In this document: positions 39,194-53,967 of the stretch, in pieces
Layout: each line of letters begins with the position of its first letter
Position numbering within the stretch: position 1 is the first letter of the stretch
Source of the DNA: Octopus vulgaris
Lineage: Eukaryota
Reading direction: 5' to 3'
Length of the DNA stretch: 64,000 bases
Assembly: GCA_951406725.2 (NCBI GenBank)
Contig: OX597840.1
Location: forward strand, 14,942,001-15,006,000
Made by a program: the position numbers and the translations under genes
Notes under the pieces: model-generated
Database searches by the model: none
What the model was told of the DNA's origin: nothing
The model's input: only the letters and a program-made list of their open reading frames with translations

Positions 39194-39519
39194 ATCCAAA
39201 GAAAGAACAGACAAGAAAAAACAATAACATGAGGACATGGTACAAGTACTGAATTATCAGTTGCTCAGCAAAGAAAGGCAAGATGATTTAACATTTCGAG
39301 CTTCAGAAATAGAAGGAAGTCCAAAGGAAGGGAAAAGGAGGAAGAAAATTGCCAAGGATACACTATATATATAGATAATGTATATATATAGATAATGTAT
39401 ATACATGTGTGTGTGTGTGTGTGTGTATGTACTCTTTTGCCTTAGGTATTTGAGTACAAACCTTTCATCTCACACAAGATCACCTCCTTCAATTTCCTGC
39501 TCCCGTCCCAAAAATTCTT

Positions 39520-39812
39520 GGTGCTGGTGCCATGTAAGAAGCATGCAGTCCACACTGTAAAGTGTTTGGCATTTAGAAGGGTATCCAGCTGTAGAAACTA
39601 TGCCAAAACTGGTTTCACCTCTGCTGGTTCCATGTTAAAAGTACTCAGTCCATTCTATGGGGTGGTTGCTGTTAGGAAGAGCATCCAGCCATAAAAAAGA
39701 AACCATGCCAAAACAGACACAAAGGCCTGGTGTCGTTTTCTTCCTGGTCAGCTCCTGCCAAACTGTCCAATCCACACCAGTATGGAAGGCAGACGTTAAA
39801 CAATGATGATGA
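39520..39812 (+). mobile_element. RTE-tail-related repeat with duplicated terminal module
   Basis: Two ggtgccatgtaa...gaagggcatccagc-like modules, then tail. Same arrangement at 42880-43150. Confidence 0.7.
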
Positions 39813-40467
39813 TGGTGGTGGTAGTGGTGGTTTTCGTGGTAGTTTTGGTGGTGGTGGTGGTGGTGGTGGTGGTGCTGTAAGCACACATCCAAACACCCAC
39901 ACACAGTTTGCTATTTTTGTTCCTATCATCCCTGATAGAAACCGACAGCTAATCTACCTCCAAGATGAAATATTGGTAAATTAGGAAACTAATCTCAACT
40001 TGGAAAATCACACTGGAACTTTTTCAACCGGTTTTTATTGTAGCCAACACCACCATCCTTGCCATCACAACCACTACCACCACTGCCTATAGAACCACTA
40101 CTACCATCCCTACCACTACCATCATGGTCACTGCCACCACCACCATCCCTAACTCCCATCACAACTATTCCCACCACTGTTGCTGTCACTTCTGCCACCA
40201 CCACTACCACCACCACTACAACCTTTTCTTCAATGTCAAACATTGCAGTATGTCAATGAATGTAAGACGAAGGGATTAATGTTTTCTTCTTTAGATAAGA
40301 GAGTTCATAACTTCATGTAAAAACAAATATAAACAAGGGAGGTAATTTGATGTAAGGGGGTTGTTTAACTCTTCAGCAGCCAGATTATTCCATTGACTGT
40401 ACTTCTTGCTTATTCATTTTGTTTTGAATTAATTATGTGTTAGCTTGTGGCTTCAAGATTTTGATAT

Positions 40468-40862
40468 CTCTTTTACTCTTTTACTTGTTTCAGTCATTTG
40501 ACTGTGGCCATGCTGGAGCACCACGTTTAGTTGAGCAAATCAACCCCAGGACTTATTCTTTGTAAGCCTAGTACTTATTCTATCGGTTTCGTTTGCCGAA
40601 CCGCTAAGTGACGGGGACGTAGACACACCATCAGTTGTCAAGTGATGTTGGGGGGACAAACACAGACACACAAACATATATACACACATACATATACATA
40701 TATATGACGGGCTTCTTTCAGTTTCCGTCTACCAAATCCACTCACAAGGCTTTGGTTGGCCTGAGGCTATAGTAGAAGACACTTGCCCAAGGTGCCATGC
40801 AGTGGGACTGAACCCAGAACCATGTGGTTGGTAAGCAAGCTACTTACCACACAGCCACTCCT
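40468..40862 (-). mobile_element. SINE family A
   Basis: Full-length, low-divergence copy. Confidence 0.9.
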
Positions 40863-42078
40863 TTATTCTTAAAAAGACATTGTATGTTAGGTGTGAGAAG
40901 CTGGGTCTGGCTAATTTAAACATAAAGCAGAGTGAATATCTGGGCTGTATATGGCTGGTTTAACCCATTAGCATTCAGAATTATTTGTCAAACTTAATGC
41001 TTAATTATTCACATTGTTTTGAATTAATCATTTATTATCTTAGAGCTTCAAGATTTCAATGATGTGATTGTTTATCTTTTGAATAATTTTGCATTATCCC
41101 AAAATTAGAAATTATTATTATTATTGAAAGTTTATATCTATGATTTCCCTTAAAATATTTGTTTAGTCTTCAGATGGTGCTTTTAAAGTGTATACCCTTT
41201 AAGACTAAACTAAGGATTGATTCGTTAGAATGTTATGCTTTCTGTTTTACCAAATATAAGTTTTAATATGTTTATGTAATTAATATGATTATTTATGTAA
41301 TAATTTTTATCCTTGAAACCACTAAGTTTTAATGCTTCATTGTAAAGAGATGCTTTGTTAAGAGAAGATTCATTACTGAATGAATGTATGCTAATATTTT
41401 TTAATTAAATCACATATAATAACAGAGAGATAATTAGAAGCTATATGTATATTCTAGAACTGTTCATTTCATTTCCAAAATGGACATTATTTATTAGTTT
41501 CTAAATCCGACATAATATCCAAGAATTAACAGTGTGGAAGCTAATAAACGTAGTAATCTTTACATAGAAATCATTAAATAATTTTTTGTAGAAACCGTCT
41601 GTTACACATTTTATATTACATGTAATAAAAAGCCAGTTATCTCAGTATAATCCACACTATTAATTATGGAATTTATTATGTAATGAATACAATATATATA
41701 AAGAATTAGAAGCTAACAAATTACAGTAGAATCTCAATTAGCCATCGCCACATCAAGAGAAGAGGAATTATCTTTCTTTACTCATACAGTTTTATCAAAA
41801 GAAAATAATGTTCTTCTTTTATAGATAATTATTTTTATATCAAGAATCATTGATTGGCATATAATTCCTTTCGAAACCAGTCTTTATTTAGAGCAAAGAT
41901 TTAGTTACCAAACAATGAAATACGAGACAGGTACAAAATTGATTTTTGGACACTGATGGTCCAAAATCTCTTATAATCTGCTCTAATTTACACTAATGTA
42001 CAGGTACCTATATTTCATTTAAGCATTTGAAAGAAATTTTAATTTAATGTTTGTTTAATTTAGAGGTGACCAGCTCTG

Positions 42079-42254
42079 TTTCAATGATGTGATTGTTTAT
42101 CTTTTGAATAATTTTGCATTATCCCAAAATTAGAAATGATTATTATTGAAAGTTTATATCTATGGGTTCCCTGAAAATATTTGTTTCATCTTCCGATGGT
42201 GCTTTTAAAGTATATACCCTTTAAGACTAAACTAAGGATCGATTCATTAGACCA
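42079..42254 (+). repeat. Local copy of 41054-41229 flanked by 15-bp direct repeats
   Basis: aggtgaccagctctg at 42064-42078 and 42255-42269. Confidence 0.85.
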
Positions 42255-43714
42255 AGGTGACCAGCTCTGGTTTGGAAAAAATTATAATCCAATAAGGCCT
42301 TGGGACCAAAAATTGTAGAAAATCAATCTTGTATTATGAAAGTAAACACATTTGATAAATGTTTCTTCACAGAGGAGCTGCTAGATGCAGGAGGAAAGAA
42401 TGAGAAAAAGTTGTGGTGAAAGAGTCAGCAGAAGTTCGCCATTACCTTCTGCCAGAGCCGCATGGAGCTTAGGTGTTTCGCTCATAAACACACACATCAC
42501 CCTGTCTGAGATTCAAACCCACAATCCCTCGACCGCGAGTCTGCTGCTCTAACCACTAGGCCATGTGCCTCCATATAAGGCCTACATAGAGATAAGAATT
42601 CAATTTTATCATCTATTTTGATTTACAAACTGTTTGTTTAACTTCTTAATTAATGAAATTAAGGGTTATGTCAATAGATGTTTAGAAGTATTAGTAACAT
42701 TATAAGAAAAAAATAAAGTCATAAGAATAAGGTTTTCCACAAAATTGTTTTGTGTTGTGTGGACCTGTTTCTGTCTGTCTGTCACACCCCAACCTTTCAT
42801 CATCTGACACAAGACCACCCCTTCCAATGACCCATCCTCTCTCAAAGGATCTTTGTCTTGCAAGTTACTTTGTGACCCTGCTGGTGCCACGTAAAAAGCA
42901 TCCAGTTTACACTGTAAAGTGGTTGGCATGTGGAAGAGAATCCAACTGTAAAAACCATGCCAAAACTGACTTCCCTGTACTTGTGCCACATAAAAAGCAC
43001 TCTGTCCTCTGGTTGGTTCTAGGAAGGGCATCCAGCTGTAAAATCCTTGCCAAAACAGACACAGAAGTCTGGTGCAGTCTTCTGCATGGACTGCTCCTGT
43101 CAAACCATCCAACCCATGCCAGCATGGAAGATGGGTGTTAAATGATGATGGTGCTGGTACTGGTGATGATGATGATGATGATGATGATGATTATGATGGG
43201 GACTGTCATACGAATGAATGGACCCAACTTTCCCTTTGCATGTCATAAAAGCAAATCCTACTTCAAGAGGTTGAGGGAGGATTTTCACTCTAACCTCATA
43301 AAACCCTCACCAGCAACAACTACCTAAAGAGACCCATGGGTTGAAGCATTGTTGCCTGAATGTGGTAGCAATGATGTATTGTTACAGCCCATTCCCCCAT
43401 ACTATTACTACTACTACTATAATATGTTTTGTTTTGACTGAGGTGGAACAAAAATACTCTTGAATGTTGAAAAATTTGTAGATTATGCTTCAGAGTCTGT
43501 TGAAAACTTTTAGAGATATTTTTGAATCTCCCCTTTCTAAATAATTTGTAATGGTCTCGTGTTGCCCTTGTTCCTTCTGGGGTCACTAAAATAAGTACTC
43601 GTCTCATAAGTATTAGGACTTACTTTCATGAATATTTATCTAGTATTAGTGTTGGTTTAATTGATTAAATCATCCACTCAGAATGTGTGGCCTTGTGCCT
43701 GAATTAAAAATTAT

Positions 43715-43970
43715 TATTATTGTTGTTATTATTATTATTATTATTATTGTCATTTCACTTCTCAGAGTTCTCAATTTCATTTGCTCTGGCTAAATTCTGT
43801 AAGAGAGGACAAGTACCTGTTGTCAAGGGTCTCACGAGGTCTTCTTCTTCCACAATATTTAGCACACAAGGACCAACCTCAAAATCCTCCCTGTCCCCAA
43901 TAAAGCAGTTTTCTGAGCATGTTCTGACCTCATGTCAGACCCAATTTTTCCAACAAATTTCTCAAACCTA
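43715..43970 (-). mobile_element. R4/Dong-type retrotransposon 3' end with (TAA)n tail
   Basis: Minus strand EHAQKTALLGTGRILRLVL.*, the conserved RLE-element C-terminus, then a short UTR and (taa)n. Confidence 0.75.
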
Positions 43971-44849
43971 GTTGTTGTTAGATAAATTTATTGATCTTTG
44001 CAACATTCTTTCATTATGTTAAAGTGTTTATGTCTTTATTTCCATAGTAAAGGTTGTTTAATGTTTAACAGTCAAACACACAAACATTGTAGCAAACACA
44101 ACAATATTGTAGATTAGTTTTGTTATTAACAGAAATTAATTAGGATTCTGATATTAATACCAATTAATGTAAATTTTAATATAAATGTAATTCCGATATT
44201 AATATAAACTTTTATTATTAATCTAAAAACAATTCCAAAATTAATTTTAAATTAATTCTTATATTAATTAAAAAGTAATTCTAATATTAATTTAAAGTTC
44301 GAATATTAATTTAAAATTAATTTGAATATTTTATTGAAGTTAACAATCTCTACACCCAGCTCTCAGGGGAGTGTAGAAGAGGTGCAAGAGAGGAAGAGGG
44401 CAAAGTACCTGGTGTTAGAGGAATATTACAGGTGTGGGTGGGTGACCAACTGCATACCAGTGGAGGTGGACAATTGAGGGATCACTGGTTGTTCCCTTAG
44501 TAAGGTCTATAAAGGGTAAAGGGTAAAGACTCTCCTGCAGTCATTAATGACCATGGGATTGCACCTAGAAAGTTCCCAGCTGAGGTACAAGTCTAGGCAA
44601 GGGTGTTTATGTAAGACCAGCAGTTGCCCATGTATATCAGCCCGATGTTATCCAAGGGAAAAGCAAAAGGGGCCAATACAGCATGGCACCAGTGACATCG
44701 CAACTCATTTATACAGCTGAGTGAACTGGTGCAATGTAAAATAAAGTGTCTTGCTCAAGAACACAACACAAAGGCCTATAAAAAAAACCCTGATATTACA
44801 CGAATAAGTAGGAGGAGGCCATCAAGAACAATGAATTTTCTTTTCTTTT

Positions 44850-45052
44850 TATTCTTTTATTTGTTTCAGTCATTTGACTGCAGCCATGCTGGAGCACCAC
44901 CTTTAGTCGAGCAAATCGATTCTTTGTAAGCCAAGTGCTTATTCTATCGTTCTCTCTAGCCGAACTGCTAAGTGACAAGGACGTAACCACACCAGCATCA
45001 GTTGTCAACCGAAGTTGGGGGGGGACAAACACAGACACACAAACATATACAT

Positions 45053-45116
<64 letters not shown>

Positions 45117-45256
45117 GACGGGCTTCTTTCAGTTTCTCTCTACCAAATCCACTCACAAGGCTTTGGAAGACACTTGCCTAAGGTGCCATGCAGTGGGACT
45201 GAACCCGGAGCCATGTGGTTGGTAAGCAAGCTACTTACCACACAGCTACTCCTGGG
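44850..45256 (-). mobile_element. SINE family A (two small deletions)
   Basis: Reverse-complement match. Confidence 0.85.
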
Positions 45257-46026
45257 CCTAATGTGGAGATTATCAAGAAAACATCTAGAAAAAAACGTCT
45301 AAAAAATGAGAGCTGGTTTGGGTCAGTAGACTCTCATTTGAACATGGGTTGGAGTATTTAAATGAGCGTGTCTTAAATAACACCTGGAACATTCTGTGAC
45401 CCCATCATACAACATTGACCATATATCCATCTATTGTCTCTATGGATGAAACTAAGAACCAAATATAGTTCTAATATAGATAAAAAAATTAATCCAAATA
45501 TTAATCTAGATTAAACCCAACTGTAGTGGTGGTGGTGGTGGTGGTGGTAGGCTTAGTCTGTCACATCACCACTACCATCGGTTGTTGGATGTTTCCAGCT
45601 GATTCCATTCTTTGTAAAAATGCAAACCAAGTTCTCCAGTGAGAAGGTAGTTGTCCACTTCTTCCACCACTCATGAAGACCCTGGAAAACAGTCATGGAA
45701 ATTGCATTTTTTTCTCCTCTCAGCCATTAATGATAATAATAATAATAATAATAATAATGATAATAACGGTTTCAAATTTTAGTACTAGACCAATACACAT
45801 GCATGAGTGCACAAACATCAAATAATAATAATAACAACAATAATGATGATGATTTCATTTATTTGCCACCAGGGCAAAGGATGAGGGGAACAATAATGCA
45901 AAGACAGACAAAGTGTATGAGTGTGGGTTTTTTTATTCATCTTTATTCATCTTTCTGAAAAGATGAAAAAAAAACAAAGAAAAATGTAAGTATACAGGGG
46001 ATACAAGTTATATAATAAATATATAT

Positions 46027-46062
<36 letters not shown>

Positions 46063-46168
46063 CCACACACATTATATAATAATGATAATAAAAGAAGTCT
46101 AAGAAGTTAGCATCTTTATATAATCATGTACACTCATCTAGAATCACACACACACACACACTTTCTCT

Positions 46169-46226
<58 letters not shown>

Positions 46227-46554
46227 CACACACACATCATAAAAACATATCTCCTGAAATTGCAGTAAACTGGTCTTATTGGATCTTCATTGTGTTTGTC
46301 AGTTTTCGTTTATTTTGCACACAGCTAGCGGGAGGTTTTGTCCATTAATTTCATGGATAATATCAGTTAAAGTTTTTCTCCTCAACATATTACGTATGTG
46401 AGACGCCCTGCTGCATAAATATACATACATAAGCACAAGGATGGTGATGATGGTGATAAGAGACAGAGATGATGATGATGATATTGATGACAAGAACAAT
46501 GATGATGATGATGATGATGGAGGTGATGATGACGATGATGATGACAATGATGAT

Positions 46555-46603
<49 letters not shown>

Positions 46604-47277
46604 TAAGAAAGAATAGATATTGGTAGCCAAGGAAAGAGAGAGAAAAAAATGAGAGAGAGAGAGAGAGACAGGTGAAAGGGTGGAATAAACCAATTGTCTA
46701 TTCATGTCAGAAAAGTGACAGAAACAAGGGAGATAATGAAGTGAGTCTTGTCACTGATATACACGCACTCACACCTACACCTCACCCCACTCGCTCACCC
46801 ATCCACCCCCACCCACTCACCCACCCCTCGCTCTTTCTCTTCATTGATTGAATATTTTCTATTCAACAGTTCATTCATGTTGGTGTTGACAGATACTTAA
46901 TAGCTGTCCAACCCCTACTACACCCTTCCACACACATCCATGCATATATGTACATATAAATATATACATATATATATATATATAGCTGTGTTTGTATCCT
47001 ATATACGTTTACATGTATGTGTATGCGTATCTGTATTTATATAGACATTCACACACACACATAACCATACACATATGCATATTTGCATAAATGCAAATAT
47101 ACATACTTAGACACACACACCGATACACATATATACATACATACATACATGCATATATATATATATATATATATGTATATGTATATATGTATATGTATAT
47201 GTATATATGTATATATGTATATATATATATATGTATATATGTATATGTATATATGTATATATGTATATGTATATGTA

Positions 47278-47331
<54 letters not shown>

Positions 47332-47634
47332 AGTATACAAAACGCATATACACCCATGACCCCAAACACTTCACGTCAATCACCATCACCTGTTTCCCTT
47401 CTTCTTGTCTAAGTCACAACACTTGTTGTCTACAAATCACTGTTGGTCATTTCGATAAAGTTCTTGGTGAGCCACGAAGGAGGAGGAGGGAAAGAGAGAG
47501 GTAAGGGGACAGAGAATGTGTCACAAACTTTTGGCGTGCATCAAGGTTCCGTTAAGTCTCCAGTGCCTTTCTTTGTATATTAAGAAATTGCTTGCTGTTA
47601 CAAGTCATCTTGTGGGGTGAAGGGTGGGTGTGGG

Positions 47635-47960
47635 GGATTAACAGAGGGAAGTTGTGAAAGAGGGAGATCCAGGAAGACATGGGATAGAGTACTGAAGGTC
47701 AATCTCAAAATGCCAAACCATATGAAGGAGCTGACATAGGACTGAGATATGTGGCACACTGATGTACTTGAGAAGACCATGTGAATGCTAGTGCCACATG
47801 AAAAGGCACTGGTGATGGTGCCACATAAAAATCACACCCGATACACTCTGAGGAGTGGTTGGCATTAGGAAGGGCATCCAGTCATAGAAACCAAGCCAAA
47901 ACAGAGTATGGAAACCATCAAGTTGTCCAGCCAATGCTAGCATGGGAAACAGATTTATAT
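47635..47960 (+). mobile_element. Old RTE 3' end
   Basis: EGSCERGRSRKTWDRV resembles EGTRGRGRPRKTWDEV at 60830-60880; followed by tail. Confidence 0.7.
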
Positions 47961-48162
47961 GATGATGGTGGTGGTGGTCGTCGTCGTCATCGTCGTCGTC
48001 GTAGTGGTGGTGATGATGATGGTTGATGATGTTGGTGATTGATGATGATGATGGTGATGATGGTACTGATTGATGAGGATGATGATGGTAACAATGACAA
48101 CAACGATGATGATTCTCTAAACGTTCCACTCATATTCAATACTCTACTTGCAGGTTGCAAAC

Positions 48163-48222
48163 CTGTGTTGTGTCCTAGAATGAGGACCTTTTGAACATCA
48201 TCAGTGGAGACATTCTGTGACA
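48163..48222 (-). CDS. Candidate exon 2 (SQNVSTDDVQKVLILGHNT)
   Basis: Acceptor ttttatatctgtag, donor CAG|gtttgc. 60 nt, phase 1-1, and this is the only open frame. Confidence 0.3.
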
Positions 48223-48275
48223 CTACAGATATAAAATTATACAAATATCCAAACTCACACTCATTATTTAGACAC

Positions 48276-48693
48276 AAGGGATGGTATCATCCAATGAGTT
48301 ACTGTTTTAATACCTAATATTTGTTGTGAATAATAATATTCATAAAATGATAAGTTTTTATGCAAATCATGGTTTATAATCATTCAAAAGAAAGAAAGAA
48401 AATGGATATATGACATTTAATAAAAATTTATCTGCAAAAATCAAGCATAGTCCCTTACAGCTGTTTTAATTAAGCCTAACAGATTAAATAGCAATTATTA
48501 AAATAATTATATTAGGCAAAATCTCTTCAGAAGAGATTTTGCCTAATATAATTATTTTAATAATTGCTATTTAATCTATTAGGCTTAATTGAAACAGCTG
48601 TAAGGGACTATGCTTGATTTTTGCAAATAATAAATTTTATCACATGTTATATCTCCATTTTCTTACTTTCTTTTGAATGATTATAAACCAAGA
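48276..48693. mobile_element. Second fold-back PLE-terminus-like element, near-perfect palindrome
   Basis: Homolog of 15312-15800. Centre is aaatctcttc-a-gaagagattt; right arm has GAAAcagctgTAaggga. Confidence 0.75.
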
Positions 48694-48720
48694 TATGTGC
48701 GCGTGTGTGTGTGTGTGTGT

Positions 48721-49022
48721 GAAGGCACATGGCTTAGTGGTTAAGGTGTTGCACTCACAATTGCGAGATCGTAGGTTCGATTCCCAGACTGGGCATTGTG
48801 TTGTGTTCTTGAGCAAAGCACTTCATTTCATGTTGCTCTGTGATCATTTCAACATCTGACATGTGGCACCTGTTGCACCTGTACAGGTAATGTCAATTGA
48901 TGGAGGGAGTGAGCTTATGTCTATATAACCATTTGATCACTATAAACAAATCACCTGTGTGGGTGTTCAGTAAGAAATTGTTGAACCCTCATATGTCATT
49001 TAACAACAGGAGAGTCCATCCA
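48721..49022 (+). mobile_element. tRNA-derived SINE family E
   Basis: tggcttagtggttaaggtgtt...ggttcgattccc head; related heads at 56430-56575 and, inverted, at 1300-1410. Confidence 0.7.
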
Positions 49023-49556
49023 TCATATATATATATATATATATGTGGCAAAGTGGTTGAACTCCTTTCAAGTGTTGGGCCACATGGAGGCAATGACCGA
49101 GACATTTGAAGCACATTTCAATTATTGGGCCTCACAGAGGCTAAGTGGTTGAGCTCTTTTCAAGTGTTGGGCCTCACAGAGGCAATGACTGAGACATTTG
49201 ACATTATGCCATGCTTGGGAAGACCCATCAAGCCGAGCAAAATCACAGTCATGGCAGATACCAGTGTCATGCACCCATGCCAATGGCATGTAAAGGCAGC
49301 CATTACACTCTAGGGGTGGTTGGCATTAGGAAGAGCATCCAGCCGTAGAAAATCATGGCAAATCAGATTGGAGTCTGGTGCAGCTTACCAGCCCTGGTCA
49401 AACTGTCCAACCTATGCCAGCATGGACAACGGATGTTAAATGATGATCCTGGATTGAAGGCTTCAAATGTCCCGTCCGTGTTTTTTGTATCGTCTTCTAA
49501 ATGTTTTACGTTCTTGTCCCAGTTTGTATTTTTCTACATATAATATATATATAGAT

Positions 49557-49588
<32 letters not shown>

Positions 49589-51584
49589 GTAGATAGATGT
49601 ATATATGCATGTGTGTTTGAGTCTGTTTTCCACCATCATTTGACAACTGGTGTTGGTTTGTTTACATCCCTGAAACTTACATATTCAACTAGAGAGACCA
49701 ACAGAACAAGTGCCAGACTTAAAGAAATAAATACTTCAAAACGGTGCTCCAGCTTGGTCACAGTCCAATGACTAAAACAAGTAAAAGAATAACAGAATAC
49801 ACTTTCACATCCACTTATACATGTTACTTAAAACATTACACACACACACACACACGCATGTATACACGCATATACATAAGCATTGGTGTGGGTGCTGCTA
49901 CCACGTAAAAAGTACCCAGTTCACTCTGTGGAATGGTTGGCATTAGGAAGGGCATCCAGCTATAGAAACCAAGCCAAAACAGATTGTAGAGCCTGATGTG
50001 GCCTCTGGCCTTGCCAGCTCCTGTCAAGCGGTCCAACCCATGCCAGCATGGAAAACAGACGTTAAATGAAGATGAAGATGATGATGATGATGACGACAAC
50101 TTGTGCACATATATTAATCAAAAGTTCACTAGTAGATTCTCCCCCACCTGTACCCCATCGTTATATATTATTTCTTTGTTCAAATTATTCAAACCACTCT
50201 GGCTATTCTCATATCTTTTCTGTTTTCTTCCACAACCTTTCTTAGAATTCTTCATCACTAAATTTAAATTTAGTTAAGATAAAATGGTAAAACCATTATC
50301 ACATAAACAAATTGGCACCATTCCACTTTGACCTTTCACCAAACCAGATGCCGTATTCTAACATGGTCTTCTGTTGTCAAAATTAGTTTTCATTTAGCAA
50401 AAAAGAATTGGTTTGATGCCAAAATAAAATTGTAATGTTGAAATATTCATCTTGAAATTTAATGTTTGCAAGATTTTCTATTGAGACAAAGATTTTCTAT
50501 TGAAAACAATTAATCACTAATGAGATAATCTTCTCTGCTGGCAGAACATTTAAAATTGGTAAAATATAGCACCAGCCTATAATAAATAGTCTTTGACTAA
50601 CCAACAAGAACACCTCTGACAGCCTGACCTGCCTGCTAGAAATAGCATTCATGTGTCAAATAGGTGCATGTGTGGCTCCAGGGGTTAAGAAGCTTGCTTC
50701 TCAACCATGTGGTCTTGAGTTCAAGTTCCACTGTGTGACATCGTGGGCAAGTGTGTTTTACTATAGCTTCAAGTGAGTGGGTTTTGTACAGAGAAACTGA
50801 AAGAAGACAGTTGCATGTGTGTGTGTTTGTGTGTGTTAGGGTATGTGTATGTATGTACTTTTGTCTTGAGATCAAATGATGGTTGTAAATGAACATCACT
50901 CTCATACAGGTGAGGTTGTTCATGTCCAGTCTTCTGTAAAAATCATGTCTGGCCATGGGGGAAATATCGATATTACTTTGCTTGGAAACAGATGAGAGTT
51001 GGTGACAGGAAGGGCATCCAGATGCAGAAAATCTGCCTCAGCAAATTCTGTCTGACCTATGCAAGCACAGAAAAGTGGAGATTATTCATTATCATCATCA
51101 TCATCATCATCATCTAACATCTGTTGTCCATGCTGGCATGGATTGGATGGTTTGACTGAAAACTGGTAAACTCAGGAGCTGCACCAGGTTCCAACCTGAT
51201 TTGGCAAGGTTTCTATGGCTGGATGCTCTTCCTAATGCCAACCACTCCAAGAGTGTAATAGGTGCCTCTTATGTGCTACCGGCATGGGTGCCAGTTATGA
51301 AACACTGGTATCAGCCATGACTATGATCTTACTTGTATAGACCAGCGTATCCCATCAGAGTGACACAGAGATAGAAATGTATGAAGCCCACTATGCCCAT
51401 CCTGACTACCTGTCTGATAAGGGTACTTCAGGTATAAGCATCACAACCATATCTATGTGTGACATGGTGACCCCATATCAAAATAAACAGTGCATGACTT
51501 TGCATGTGGGGCCTAGTTAGAGTTTTCTTCAGGTTTTCTCAAAAGTTGGAATACAGGTTAAGGGTGATGAATGAAACACCCATA

Positions 51585-53870
51585 TGCATCCTTTCAGATT
51601 GCCTTTTCTAAACCACAACCAACTGTTGTCCCAACCAGTGCTTGCTTTATCTCTAGTGTATTGCCTATACCATAAATTAGTCCTTCCATTCCTCTTCAAG
51701 TTCTTTTTTCACTCTTCTTGCATTCATTTGGTGTTAGTGCATCGGCAGATTGCAGTGTGTCAAGGTCTCTTACATTTGATATGGTGTTACCCTTTACATT
51801 CTGAAGGTACCAAACTAGATTGCTTTCTATACTCTTGACACAAGTTTCACCACTTCTTAGTCCTCTGCCTCCTTTCTTTCTTCAATCTTGTGGCATCACT
51901 TCTTGGGTTGTGTTCCTTATGTGCTGTCATCAATTCCCTTGTTTCTTTAATAGTACTTTCTAATTCATCATTTCTCCATTTAATAATTCCTGTCCTGTAC
52001 TGTATACAAGACACAGCCCACATATTCTTTGCCTTGATCTTCTTCCTTCAATTTAGATGACATTACAAGTCTCACCTGCCTGAGACATTCTTTTTCGAAC
52101 GTCTTCATTTCTTTCTCTTTGATATTATCCAACTTCCAGATACTCGTATCTTTCCTCTCTCACTTTCTTAATAATCTGGTCATTCACATGTTTAGCTCCT
52201 CTGTTCTTTGTTGGTTTTCCATGTTTCAAGGTTATAATAGCCCATTTTTGATCCCAAACTCCATCCCAGTATCCTAACTAATCAGGTTAATTGTAGATGT
52301 TAATGTATCAATTTCAACCTCATCTATCTCAAATAGCTTTAAATCGTCCATGAACAACAGATGGTTGATCTTAATACCATCTAGCACGTATCCCATTTTC
52401 ACTTTTATAAGGACATGAGTCTAGGGGATCATGTAGGGGACAAATAAGAGTGGTGATAAGGTGTCTCTCTGAAATATACCCCTGTATGTTGACAGATCCT
52501 AACTGTTCCCCACAGGGATTTAACTCTGCTTCCTGATGGCCAGAAGTCTTTCTGTAAAACTATTTTCATTGTCTGGTACTTGAGTAAATTTCAGGCACTC
52601 TGATATCCAACTGTGGTGCAGGTGGGGGGGGGGGGGAGCATGCTGTAGGCTTTCCTATAGTCCACCCAAGCCATGTATCACTTTTTAACATTCTGCAAGG
52701 ATTGCTTTATCAATCAGAAGTTGATCTTTTCTACCCCTGCTGTTCTTTTGACACCATTTCTGCTCTTACAGTAGAATTTCATTTTCTTCAAGAAACTTAT
52801 TCATTGTCTCAGAGATGATCTCAGTCACAAGTGTGCACATTAATGCAAACAAGATATGAGTCTATAACGATTTACTACAATGCTTTTAGCAGTGTCCTTC
52901 TGACAGAGCACAGTCCTACCTGCTGTCATCCATAAAGGTATCCCTGCTTGGTTATTTGACATGCCATTCATTTGAGCTGTAATTTGTACATGTAAAGATG
53001 TCAGCTTCTTCAAACCAAAAGCTGAGGATCTCATCAGGACCAAGAGCTTCCTATTTGGGAATTGATTTGATTTGCATGCATGCCATTATTATTGTTATTT
53101 CAATATCACTTTGCTTCACATTTGTGTTCTTCTCCCTCGGCCCCTTCAGCCATTCTGCAGTTTTATTACACTCTACCTCATTATCCCAGATGTTTGACCA
53201 AAATCTTTTGCTTTCTTTTACATTCGGTGTCACTCTTCCTTTCTTACATTTAACCTTGAAGTAAATTCTTTTCAAATCATACTAGAACATTCTATTGATT
53301 TTGTATTGTGTCCTTTGATCAAATCATTTCAGCTTGGATGCCTTGGTCTGCTTTCTTTGTTTCAACTCCTCAATAATGACATGTATACCTTTCTTCAGTG
53401 AATTATACTTCTTTTCTATTTCAAGATAGTTATGCTTCCTTATTTCCCCTCTCTTTTTACATTCCAAGATGTTTATATGCTTTCTTAATTCGTCAATTCT
53501 CTAATTCTTCTGGTCTGTCATGGTTCATTCCCTTTTTTTCCTATTCAATGGATTTACAAATACCATTTTCCTTGCAACAAACATAGACATAACACCACAA
53601 GTTTATTTGTATCAGAGACATTTTCCGTTCTAATATCTTTCAGTACATTGTTCACCATTTTTTCGCTCATTCATTCAGAGATATTCCGTCCACCTTCTTC
53701 TGTCCTTCGGCTTGGTTCACTTTGCCCTCCTACAGGATCCCAATGATCTTGCTAACCATCTCCTTATTCTTTTCATTCATCTCCAGGATCACCAACTCTC
53801 TTTCAAGCTCATTTTCATTCACCTCATTCCTTACTCTTTCATCAGCATCATAATCATCATCCTCAACTGT
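51585..53870 (-). pseudogene. R4/Dong-type non-LTR retrotransposon, decayed N-terminus and RT
   Basis: Minus strand RFWSNIW, WMTAGRTVLCQKD, YRLISCL, MAWVDYRKAY, RGIFQRDTLSPLLF, KINHLLFMDDLKLF; ends at SWLWFRKGNLK. Many stops and frameshifts. Confidence 0.88.
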
Positions 53871-53915
53871 GACCACTGCAGATACAATTCTCATTATTAT
53901 TATTATTATTATTAT

Positions 53916-53956
<41 letters not shown>

Positions 53957-53967
53957 TTAATGTTATG

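Noticed and set aside
45638-45691. Minus-strand exon-like segment (ttttccag...gtttgc)
   Set aside because: It introduces a stop in the frame of the candidate ORF; cannot be supported as coding.
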